Below, piece by piece: positions 37,628 through 45,814 of a stretch of 64,000 nucleotides of DNA (positions within the stretch are counted from its first letter, which is position 1; each line of letters begins with the position of its first letter). The DNA is from Patescibacteria group bacterium. Lineage in GTDB: Bacteria; Patescibacteriota; Microgenomatia; PFEM01; JBHPGO01. Position numbers and translations under genes: made by a program. The notes below the pieces were generated by a model. It saw only the letters and a program-made list of their open reading frames with translations. It was not told the DNA's origin and searched no databases. Location: positions 1,656 to 65,655 of the forward strand of contig JBHPGO010000001.1 in the NCBI GenBank assembly GCA_042570465.1. Direction: 5' to 3'.

Positions 37628-37865
37628 GCTGCGGGGCCAGGACTCCCCGAAAAACTCTTACTTCGCGCCGGAGGCTTCCAGCCTCGCGCTCGCGAAGAGC
37701 GAGTATCGGGGCAGGCGAAGAGGTCCGAAGTTTATGCTTAGCTCATTCCTCTCCAAATTAATTCCCAAATATTTGTTCTTGAAACTTGTTGGTTTGTGGG
37801 TACTAGGGGTTTTCACCCGTCCACACCTGCAAAATTTTGGGGCCTTGAGCCCCAGAATTTTGCTG
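37628..37865 (-). mobile_element. tRNA-Gln 3' repeat with hairpin insert plus degenerate tRNA-3' module and terminator
   Basis: gctgcggggccaggactc is identical to 39765-39782; aGAGGTCC, cttgaaac, gggtttt about 80 nt later; aaaattttggggc...gccccagaatttt hairpin. Confidence 0.7.
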
Positions 37866-37962
37866 AGCAGGCCGGTCTAGGACCTTTCGGGCCCATAACC
37901 AATTACTCCGAGTGTACCACTTTGAGGCTAAATAAGACAAATGAGACACTATAAAAAAGAGG

Positions 37963-38865
37963 TCAATCTAGTTGTATATTTTCGTCACGAAGATTTGAGT
38001 AGTAAGCTTTTCTTATAAACATGGGGTCATAATGAATCGAAGATTTGCCGGTGGTGGCGTAATTATATAGCGCAGTAACATAAATACTCTGTAGGTTGTG
38101 AAAAAACACTGCCACTCCAACAAAATAAAATATTATCAAAGAAAATATCAAGGAATCTGTAAGCATATTAGTTGTATTCGAACCAATAATTCCTCCAATA
38201 AACACAAAAGGGAAAGCGGCAAACCATAAAATGACAAAAATTAACCTCATTGAAAATTGACCAGTCAAAGATTTTCCCCAAGTTTTATTAAATAATTCGC
38301 CTGATTTTTTTATTGACTCCTTTATAGTCAAATCATTAAAAATCATCACGGGTATGATAAAAAAATTTATCAAACTCCAGCTAACAAGACTTACGGATCC
38401 AAATATTTTGAATATCACCCTTTCGTTTTTAAAGATCGTTCTAAAAATGAAAACAACCGTTCCGGAAAGTAAAGACCATATAAATATTTCCCCAATGTGT
38501 TTTTGGGCCTTACTAAAACCATCCCTAAAGGTGGGATTTCCGCCGTCAAGTCTGATATTAACGCAAGTCATTAGCCCTGCCTTAAAAAAAGTCGTAATAA
38601 AAGAACTTAAAATATAGAATAACAAGGTAGAAATTAAAAAAAGAGGGATAAAGCCATACATATAAGGCTGAAAACTTGCCTGGTTTTCCACACCCCCTGC
38701 TTTTAAATTAACAATAAACAGATAAAATGGACCCAGGAAACAAACAACCAATGCCAATATATTCAAAAACAAAGAAAATAGTGAGAACCAGATTAATTCC
38801 TTATCTTTCTTAAGTATTGCAAAACTTTGCGATAATAATTGAAAACTAGACCTTACCGGTGACAT
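37963..38865 (-). CDS. Multi-TM membrane protein (DUF6159-like)
   Basis: SF.ILKKDKELI.F, SIKKS..LF.KTWG, VTALY.YA..G. Confidence 0.75.
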   Translation of the reverse strand: MSPVRSSFQLLSQSFAILKKDKELIWFSLFSLFLNILALVVCFLGPFYLFIVNLKAGGVENQASFQPYMYGFIPLFLISTLLFYILSSFITTFFKAGLMTCVNIRLDGGNPTFRDGFSKAQKHIGEIFIWSLLSGTVVFIFRTIFKNERVIFKIFGSVSLVSWSLINFFIIPVMIFNDLTIKESIKKSGELFNKTWGKSLTGQFSMRLIFVILWFAAFPFVFIGGIIGSNTTNMLTDSLIFSLIIFYFVGVAVFFHNLQSIYVTALYNYATTGKSSIHYDPMFIRKAYYSNLRDENIQLD

Positions 38866-38945
38866 TAAATCAACTTCTTGTAAAACTTTATAATGATCTA
38901 ACAGTTAAAGCATTATAACTGTATACAATATTTCAAGATCATAAA

Positions 38946-39440
38946 CTAATCAGTACCTAAATGGTTTTTAAAATATTCTAAAATCTTCCCTTTATTGTAC
39001 CAATCATCAATAATTGGTTTTTCAATTGGCAAAAGAAAAAGTAATCGCTTATCCCAAAGCTTAATCGCCTTGCCGCTATCAAAAAGAACGATTTCAGGAA
39101 TTCCGGGACAATTTTTCCCAAGATATTTATTATCCTTTTCTGAATTAATAATTTTTTTATAAAAACTAAGTTTATAGTGGTTTTCCTTGGCGATATCTTC
39201 AAAGATTGCAGTTATGTTGCAACAAAAATCATATGCCCCTCCGCAGAAAACCACCATGGCTAAACTATCAGCGTTGAGAACCTCATTTTTAAAACTATCG
39301 TCATCAATCTTTTTAACCCATTGACTGTCTTTAGCCCACCACTTATTGCAATTACCCTTTCTAATTTTACTAATTACCAATAGGCCCGAAAGGGCTACCA
39401 GTAAAATAATGATTACGACTAGCCCCTTCTTATTAGTCAT
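38946..39440 (-). CDS. Membrane-anchored thioredoxin-fold protein lacking CxxC
   Basis: IDDDSFKNEVL, MVVF, GIPEIVLFDSGK. Confidence 0.65.
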   Translation of the reverse strand: MTNKKGLVVIIILLVALSGLLVISKIRKGNCNKWWAKDSQWVKKIDDDSFKNEVLNADSLAMVVFCGGAYDFCCNITAIFEDIAKENHYKLSFYKKIINSEKDNKYLGKNCPGIPEIVLFDSGKAIKLWDKRLLFLLPIEKPIIDDWYNKGKILEYFKNHLGTD

Positions 39441-39524
39441 GCCAATCTGCTTCTTATTCTAACATAAATAAGTCTGCTATAGATTTATTAAAAAGTTGCG
39501 TCTCGGTCGGTTGAGGTGCCCGTT

Positions 39525-39765
39525 CTGGCTGCGGGGCAGGGATTCCCCGAAAAACTCTTACTTCGCGCCGGAGGCTTCCAGCCTCGCGCTCACGAAGGGC
39601 GAATATCGGGGCAAGCGATGAGGGTCCAGGCCTCCATATTTTGTTCGTAGCTTTCTATTCGTTTCTTAATACGGATTCATCTTGTTTGAAAGTCAAGTGG
39701 AGTTGCAGGTTCAAGTCCCCACAAGCTAGACACAAAAACACCCCTTTCGGGGCGTTTTGGTCTAG
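39525..39765 (-). mobile_element. tRNA-3' module at tRNA-Gln with terminator and hairpin insert
   Basis: gctgcggggcagggattc repeat, GAGGGTCC 39620-39627, tttgaaagtcaagtggagtt, inverted caggttcaagtcccc. Confidence 0.8.
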
Positions 39766-39836
39766 CTGCGGGGCCAGGACTCGAACCTGGATTAATGCCT
39801 TCAAAGGGCACGGTCCTACCATTAGACGACCCCGCA
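39766..39836 (-). tRNA. tRNA-Gln(TTG)
   Basis: tgcgggg acceptor, gtgcc-ctttgaa-ggcat, ggttcgagtcc. Confidence 0.94.
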
Positions 39837-39898
39837 ATAAATAATTCACAATTTACAATTACCAATTTTCATATAGGCACGCTAACGCGTGCCTCATT

Positions 39899-40182
39899 TG
39901 GAGCGAGGGACGGGGGTCGGAGGGTCCGAAACAATTTATTTCCTCGAAACCCCTGAACTTAATCCCCCTATCTCTAACTTAATTTGAAAGGTACTCTCAA
40001 CGCGGGTTCTCGCCCAGTCCCACGCAAAATCTTACAAATATGGAGCGAGGGACGGGGGTCGGAGGGTCCGAAACAATTTATTTCCTCGAAACCCCTGAAC
40101 TTAATCCCCCTATCTCTAACTTAATTTGAAAGGTACTCTCAACGCGGGTTCTCGCCCAGTCCCACGCAAAATCTTACAAATA
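39899..40182 (-). mobile_element. Two tandem 142 bp tRNA-3' modules at tRNA-Gly(GCC)
   Basis: tggagcgagggacgggggtcg at 39899, 40041 and 40183; GAGGGTCC; tttgaaag; inverted gcgggttctcgcccagtcccacgc. Confidence 0.88.
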
Positions 40183-40258
40183 TGGAGCGAGGGACGGGGG
40201 TCGAACCCGCGACCTTCTCGTTGGCAACGAGATGTTCTGCCAGCTGAACTACCCTCGC
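40183..40258 (-). tRNA. tRNA-Gly(GCC)
   Basis: gcgaggg acceptor, tctcg-ttgccaa-cgaga, encoded CCA. Confidence 0.95.
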
Positions 40259-40277
40259 GTATTAGTAATGTTTTGGC

Positions 40278-40469
40278 TTATTTGTCTAACGTAGGTTCTC
40301 CTCTTAGAACAGATTGATTGATTTTTTCATGTAATTCTCTCGAATCCCGGACAGTTAAGGTTGCTTGCCTTCTTGCCATTTCAGGAGACATTCCTGAGGT
40401 CGTAAATTGATTTGTCAAGTGGTCTCTGAATTTTCGATCTACTCCACAAATAATAATAGATGTTTCCAT
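40278..40469 (-). CDS. Small hypothetical protein
   Basis: gggagg SD; lies between two tRNAs. Confidence 0.5.
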   Translation of the reverse strand: METSIIICGVDRKFRDHLTNQFTTSGMSPEMARRQATLTVRDSRELHEKINQSVLRGEPTLDK

Positions 40470-40500
40470 TTTTAATCCTCCCTTCTTTCAATATTCACTG

Positions 40501-40573
40501 TGCCAGGGAGCAGAATCGAACTGCTATCTCATGTTTTTCAGACACGCGCCGTGACCACCTTGGCTACCCTGGC
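40501..40573 (-). tRNA. tRNA-Phe(GAA)
   Basis: gccaggg acceptor, cgtgt-ctgaaaa-acatg, gttcgattc. Confidence 0.92.
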
Positions 40574-40820
40574 AAACATTTATTAATCTCCTCATTTCGA
40601 CATTACCTTTGCCCGTGTTTTTAAAATACCACTCTCTCTTAAATGCCTCACTTTTATTAGTATACTCTTCGAAATATATTAGTTTTAAGGGTTTTCGATA
40701 CTTTGTTGATTTGTTTTTGCCTTGGTTATGTTCTTCTAGTCTGTTTTCTAAATTATTGGTTGCTCCGATATATAGATTACTGTCTTTTTTACTTTTCAAA
40801 ACATAGACATAAAATTTCAT
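40524..40820 (-). CDS. GIY-YIG endonuclease whose 3' end reads into tRNA-Phe
   Basis: MKFYVYVLKS..DSNLYIGAT..LENRLEEHN...REWYFK; ATG at 40820. Confidence 0.9.
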   Translation of the reverse strand: MKFYVYVLKSKKDSNLYIGATNNLENRLEEHNQGKNKSTKYRKPLKLIYFEEYTNKSEAFKREWYFKNTGKGNVEMRRLINVCQGSQGGHGACLKNMR

Positions 40821-40827
40821 AAAATTT

Positions 40828-40894
40828 GTGACCACCCCCGAGGGGGCCCTTTCAGGGTCCTGATAGGACGCCTTCGGCGCTTGGCTACCCTGGC
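40828..40894 (-). pseudogene. tRNA-Phe 5' fragment with ~44 nt hairpin insert in D-loop
   Basis: gtgaccacc[40837-40880]ttggctaccctggc matches 40551-40573. Confidence 0.9.
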
Positions 40895-41019
40895 AGTTAG
40901 TCTTGGGCAATAAGATTTTAACAAAAAATGACTAAGATAACAATAATCTTGACCTAAGTATAGAATTATTCACTTGACAGAAGATAGTCGGGCTGATAAA
41001 TTTAATTAAGGAAAAAACT

Positions 41020-41829
41020 ATGGCTGATGATGAAAAAAAACTGAGCGAGGAAGAAGAAAAAAAAGAGGAAGAAAGCAAGGAAGAAAAGCCTGAAGAAGTG
41101 GAGTCTATGGAAGAAACTAAGGAAAAAGAAAAGCCCGTTGAAGAAGTTACTGAAAAAAAGTCAGAGGAATCTGATTCTGAATCTAAAACAGGGCAAAGCT
41201 TGACTGAAGAAGGAGAGGCAAAAGAAAGCTCTTCTGATGAGACTGAAGAGACGGCTGAATATTCAAGCGAATTAATTGTCGACGAAGCTTCATCTGGGAA
41301 AAAGAGCTTCTTTAGTAAAAAACTTCTTTTAATTGTTTTACTCGTGGCAGCCACTGTTTCTTTGATCACCGGAGGTATATTAGTCTACCGAAAAGCAATC
41401 AATAAGCAAGAAAACAAGGCCTCTGTGACAGAGATTGAAAGTAGTCCGACCCCACTTCCAGCCACGGCTGACGCGGCCTCACCTTCGGCCAAATTAAAGA
41501 GAGACGAGTTAAAAGTTCAAGTGCTTAATGGCTCCGGAGTTCCAGGTGCCGCCGGGGTTGGTCAGGAATTTCTTGAAAGCCTTGGTTACCAAGAAGTAGA
41601 AACAGGTAATGCTGATAATTATGACTTTGAAGATTCAGTTGTTTCGCTAAACGAAGAAAACAAGGAATTATTTGCTGAAATTAAAAAAGATTTATCTGAA
41701 AAGTATTCGGTGGGTGAAAAAGCAGAAGTTCTGGAAGAATCCAGTGAATATGATCTTGTCATCACCCTAGGTCAAGAGCTGGAAGAGGCTGAGACTGAAG
41801 AGGAAGAAGCAGAGGCAGAAGAAGAATAA
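41020..41829 (+). CDS. LytR C-terminal domain protein
   Basis: Acidic N-terminus, TM, VQVLNGSGVPGAA...GNAD...VITLG. Confidence 0.88.
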   Translation: MADDEKKLSEEEEKKEEESKEEKPEEVESMEETKEKEKPVEEVTEKKSEESDSESKTGQSLTEEGEAKESSSDETEETAEYSSELIVDEASSGKKSFFSKKLLLIVLLVAATVSLITGGILVYRKAINKQENKASVTEIESSPTPLPATADAASPSAKLKRDELKVQVLNGSGVPGAAGVGQEFLESLGYQEVETGNADNYDFEDSVVSLNEENKELFAEIKKDLSEKYSVGEKAEVLEESSEYDLVITLGQELEEAETEEEEAEAEEE

Positions 41830-41848
41830 ACATTCCTAAAAATTACTC

Positions 41849-42121
41849 CTATTTTCTTGGATTATCGTCTTTGGTTGTGCCGTACCAGGTATACAGGTCA
41901 GCAGCATGCTCATCAATTTTCCTCAATTCTTCGACAATCTTCATTCGAACAATGAATGAGGAAACAACGGGTTGATCTCTTTCTTCAATCCAAGAAGCAA
42001 CAGTTTCTGCCAATGAATCCGCTTGCTCTGGAGCCAAACCAGCTGATTGTGCGACTTTAGAGACTTTCTTGGGATCAAAGTCTTCGACTACCCCATCTCT
42101 TCTAATGACTTTAATATTCAT
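41849..42121 (-). CDS. Stand-alone ATP-cone domain protein
   Basis: MNIKVIRRDGVVEDFDPKKV; start at 42121, not 42259. Confidence 0.85.
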   Translation of the reverse strand: MNIKVIRRDGVVEDFDPKKVSKVAQSAGLAPEQADSLAETVASWIEERDQPVVSSFIVRMKIVEELRKIDEHAADLYTWYGTTKDDNPRK

Positions 42122-42146
42122 ATTTATTGTTTTAATAAGCCTCCAG

Positions 42147-42220
42147 TGGGTCCACCAGGAGTCGAACCTGGAACCTTTGCGATGTAAACGCAACGCTCTA
42201 GCCAGTTGAGCTATGGACCC
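42147..42220 (-). tRNA. tRNA-Val(TAC)
   Basis: gggtcca acceptor, ttgcg-tttacat-cgcaa, ggttcgactcc. Confidence 0.95.
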
Positions 42221-42344
42221 AGACCACTTGATTTTATCTAAGAACCAGTGTTTTTGCAACTATTGCCATTATTCATCGTTGCTCATGATTGGCACCTGGC
42301 TTTAGTTTTTTAATGATTGGAATTTAGCGTATTTTTGGAAAATT

Positions 42345-42410
42345 CCAGGGGTGTCAACCCGTCTCGACTCGGGTCGATCCGAGGCGGACCTAAGTCACCC
42401 CGGGGGTGGA
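42345..42410. repeat. REP-C doublet carrying a 31 nt hairpin insert
   Basis: Matches 20390-20424 with ccgtctcgactcgggtcgatccgaggcggac inserted at 42359-42389. Confidence 0.85.
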
Positions 42411-42438
42411 CGTGGTGCAAGAGAAATATATATAATAG

Positions 42439-42521
42439 TGCGCTCGGTGGGACTCGAACCCACACGCCCCGAAGAGCATAGGTCCTCAACCTATTGCGTA
42501 TGCCAATTCCGCCACGAGCGC
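42439..42521 (-). tRNA. tRNA-Leu(GAG)
   Basis: gcgctcg acceptor, atagg-ttgagga-cctat, long variable arm. Confidence 0.95.
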
Positions 42522-42607
42522 AAATATCAGCTAATTTTCAGTTAAATCTTACCAAATTTTAAGGCTCTTGGCTAGACATGTAAAAGAATTTCAAATAAAA
42601 TATCATT

Positions 42608-43390
42608 GTGAATATCAATCAAAAACCAACTGTTTCAGTCGTAATTTGTGCTTATAATGAGGAAAAATATCTTGGCCAAACCATTTCTTCAGCCCTGAAA
42701 TGCCCCACGGCCGAAGAAATTATCGTCGTCAATGACGGTTCGACTGACAAGACAAAAAATGTGCTTAAATCCTTCAAGGATAAGATAATCAGCGTTTCCT
42801 ATAAAAAGAATAAAGGTAAAGGATATGCTTTTTCAAAAGGAATAAAAGCCGCCAATGGGCAGATCATAGTCATGCTTGACGCTGATTTAAAAAATCTTCA
42901 AGAAAAGCACCTTAAGAAAATGGTCAAGCCGATTTTAAAAAGAGAAACAAACTTTGTTCTTGTTCAGTTACACAAAAAAAACTTGCTTTTATCCTTAACT
43001 GGTCAAAGAGCCTACTTAAAAGAACTTCTAGTTCCCTACCTTTCTATAATTAAAAATTCTCGTTACGGGCTGGAAACATATTTAAATGATATTTACAAAA
43101 TAAGATGGGGGAAAACTGTTAAACTCAGTGACCTAGGACACTACTTAACAACTGAAAAAACATCGGGCAATGAAGTTATCAATAAATACATTCAAGAAAT
43201 TATTGAAATTTCAAAATCCAGAGCCGAAATTCAGCTTAGGAAATATAAAACTCTCAAAAAATTACTTAATCGTAAAGAAATTAAATCTCTCCGTTCTTTG
43301 CACAAGACGCTTAATGAAATCAAAGATAAGGAAATCTCCGAACTTGCAGATACCTACTTTATTCCCTATCTTAAAAAGAACCTCAGGTAA
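42608..43390 (+). CDS. Glycosyltransferase family 2
   Basis: VVICAYNEE, VNDGSTD, NKGKG, LDAD. Confidence 0.92.
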   Translation: MNINQKPTVSVVICAYNEEKYLGQTISSALKCPTAEEIIVVNDGSTDKTKNVLKSFKDKIISVSYKKNKGKGYAFSKGIKAANGQIIVMLDADLKNLQEKHLKKMVKPILKRETNFVLVQLHKKNLLLSLTGQRAYLKELLVPYLSIIKNSRYGLETYLNDIYKIRWGKTVKLSDLGHYLTTEKTSGNEVINKYIQEIIEISKSRAEIQLRKYKTLKKLLNRKEIKSLRSLHKTLNEIKDKEISELADTYFIPYLKKNLR

Positions 43391-43525
43391 ATTTTGTGAA
43401 AGTCAGTTTCTTAAGACCATTATTTGAAAACAGCTAGTATATTTTCTATACTGAAGACAATAACAACTTCATATTTTATACAATCAACTGGTCATTGATT
43501 TGAAGGTTGGGGGGAAAAACAGGAT

Positions 43526-44797
43526 ATGATTAGAAGATTATTGATTCTCTTTTCTCTTTTTGGAATAATCTTTTTATTAGCTTTAAGTTCAAGTTTTCCA
43601 AAAACAAACCTCTTTGTTAAAGAAATTGAAGCCTCCTCGGTATTAAGTTTTCCTGAAGATCACTCAGAGCACCCCACCTTTAATGCTGAATGGTGGTACC
43701 TCAACCTGCTTACCCGAACATTAAAAACTGACGGAACTGACCAAAGAGATTTGGCATATGTATTGTCATTTTCACGAATTCTGGGTTCCAATAATTTGCT
43801 TAGTAGTAGGTATGATGATGTCTCAAAATCCTTCGGAGAAAATACCGAACAAAATGGCAGCTTAGTAGTTCAACTATTGGACGGTAATCGGTTATTTGTT
43901 CAATTTAGTAAAAACCTTGAGATCTCCACTTTAGAGGAATTACCCACAGGAATTGACAGGAAAAGAGTTTATCATCTAGCAGGGAGGACGGCTGATATGG
44001 GAGTTTTTGACCTCACGCTCAAAGAAAGATCAGTTGTTTCTTCAGGCTTTAACTCTCCGCTTCTTTGGGGAGGAACAACTGGTAATTGCCAGGGAAGAAT
44101 TTCAGTTTTTTCCCAAGACGATACATATTATTACAGCGTTCCTGATCTTGATATCTCGGGAACAATTACAGAAAATGACGGAACTGAAAGAAATGTATTA
44201 ATCGGTAAGGCTTGGATTGACCATCAATGGTTTAATAGTGGACCGCCAACAGATTGGCTGGGACACTATTGGACCAATCTTCATTTTACTCACTCAACCA
44301 GCTTGTATAGCCCCGGACCACATCAGGCCTTTGGGTATGTAACCCAAATATATAATGATGGTCCTCGATACTCTTATTGGGTAAAAAGAAATACTGATGG
44401 AACAAATGAGTGCGGAAGCGATGGAACGATGATTATCAACAGCTTTGGTTCCACCGACTATCCAAATTTTTGGACCGTTAACAACGGAATTCTTAGGGCA
44501 AATGGATATTCCTTTTCAGATAATCAAATTTACCAACCCCCGACTGGACCAAGCTTTATTGAAGCAGCTTCGTTTTATTCAGGGACACTGAGTGGAACGC
44601 CTTTTACTGGCTTAGGCTTCTTTGAAACCCATCTTATGTTAGGAGACTTTAATGGTGACGGCGAGATCAATAGTTTTGAGGTAAAGTTACTTTTGTCTCA
44701 CTGGACTCAGTTAGATTTACCAAGTTACGATTTAGTAGAAGATAACAAAATTAATGTCCTTGACCTTTCGACAATAATTAATCTATGGAAACCTTGA
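43526..44797 (+). CDS. Secreted AttH/CrtC-like (lipocalin-like) protein with C-terminal dockerin-like repeat
   Basis: FPEDHSEHP..AEWWY, YYYS.P, GKAWIDHQW, GDFNGDGEIN...DLVEDNKINVLDL. Confidence 0.8.
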   Translation: MIRRLLILFSLFGIIFLLALSSSFPKTNLFVKEIEASSVLSFPEDHSEHPTFNAEWWYLNLLTRTLKTDGTDQRDLAYVLSFSRILGSNNLLSSRYDDVSKSFGENTEQNGSLVVQLLDGNRLFVQFSKNLEISTLEELPTGIDRKRVYHLAGRTADMGVFDLTLKERSVVSSGFNSPLLWGGTTGNCQGRISVFSQDDTYYYSVPDLDISGTITENDGTERNVLIGKAWIDHQWFNSGPPTDWLGHYWTNLHFTHSTSLYSPGPHQAFGYVTQIYNDGPRYSYWVKRNTDGTNECGSDGTMIINSFGSTDYPNFWTVNNGILRANGYSFSDNQIYQPPTGPSFIEAASFYSGTLSGTPFTGLGFFETHLMLGDFNGDGEINSFEVKLLLSHWTQLDLPSYDLVEDNKINVLDLSTIINLWKP

Positions 44798-44870
44798 CTT
44801 ATGATTGTCTGCCTTGGGAACTCATTGAAGTCTGTTAAAACCCACCTAAAACTAAGCTGTTTCGAGAATT

Positions 44871-45188
44871 TTAGTAGGTCCTTTTTATCCTAGAAGGAGT
44901 CATTTCTCTTTTGACAGGTTCACCATTGAGTGTGCAGCCCTCAAGGTCCTTTCTCCCATTTAATGTTCCTGCAGCTTGCAAAATATTCTTACCCAGACCT
45001 AGGGCAATTTCATCTCTTTCTGCAAGTAAGGCACGATTATCTTCAAGGGTAATCGTACCCCCACCCTTTTTTTCGAACCTTATCCTTGTTCTCACAAGCG
45101 CCGCAGTAGAATTGTCTACCAACCAATTCGCATATGTATTAAAGTCAACTTTTTTGACCCTTGCTTCATTATTCTTTACTCTTTCCAT
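44871..45188 (-). CDS. Small hypothetical protein
   Basis: aaggag SD and gctataat promoter upstream. Confidence 0.55.
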   Translation of the reverse strand: MERVKNNEARVKKVDFNTYANWLVDNSTAALVRTRIRFEKKGGGTITLEDNRALLAERDEIALGLGKNILQAAGTLNGRKDLEGCTLNGEPVKREMTPSRIKRTY

Positions 45189-45403
45189 CTCAGCATCTTC
45201 TCCTTTTTATAATTTAATTTATTTATAAATAAAATTAAAATAGCCTGTTTGTTCAGTATTATAGCAATTTTCTACAAAATCTACAAGTTTTTGGTCTTTA
45301 GTTGATTAACAAATAAGCAATGAAAAAGTTGTATTTATTCAAGTCTTTTGTTCACTTCTGAGGGTTTCTCGTTTCTCCACAAGTAAATTCTGTTTTGCAG
45401 AAG

Positions 45404-45567
45404 TGCCCTAGGGGAGAGTCGTCACGCACCAGAGTCCGGCGAAGCCGGACACGAAGCATGACACCCTATACCGTGTTTGCTGAAGGCGAATTCTGGTATA
45501 CGGGCGAACCCACATGGATTTGCATCCACACAGTCCTGAACTCCGCCAAAGGCGGACAGGCGTGCGC
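45404..45567 (-). pseudogene. tRNA-Leu 3' two-thirds relic with hairpin inserts in T-loop and anticodon stem
   Basis: aacccacatggatttgcatccacacagtcctgaac matches the intact gene, but the acceptor strand differs (ctagggca). Confidence 0.85.
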
Positions 45568-45584
45568 TTGTACCTCCAAATAAG

Positions 45585-45668
45585 TGCCGATGGTGGGAGT
45601 CGAACCCACATGGATTTGCATCCACACAGTCCTGAACCGTGCGCGTCTGCCAATTCCGCCACATCGGC
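45585..45668 (-). tRNA. tRNA-Leu(CAG)
   Basis: gccgatg acceptor, cacgg-ttcagga-ctgtg, long variable arm, ggttcgactcc. Confidence 0.95.
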
Positions 45669-45680
45669 ATATTTTGGTCT

Positions 45681-45790
45681 GTCTGCCCGCCTCGCGTCGA
45701 TGAGCGACACGAGTCGAGGCGGGCCCGCCTCGCGTCGACTCGAATATTTATTTCCGCGAGTCGAGGCGGGCCAATTCCAGCACCAGGGGC
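45681..45790 (-). pseudogene. tRNA-Leu-type 5' fragment with two stacked hairpins in D-loop
   Basis: gcccctggtgctggaattgg[45724-45770][45686-45723]cagac. Confidence 0.8.
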
Positions 45791-45814
45791 CTGCTTTTTA
45801 ATTATAACACTGGC

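Noticed and set aside
39899-40182. Perfect tandem copies as pure assembly artefacts
   Set aside because: Cannot be excluded for exact copy number, but diverged and single copies at other loci support the architecture itself
40821-40910. N-terminal extension of the GIY-YIG ORF
   Set aside because: Translated from the tRNA fragment and hairpin; the motif starts at ATG 40820
42122-42259. N-terminal extension of the ATP-cone ORF
   Set aside because: Overlaps tRNA-Val; the domain starts at ATG 42121
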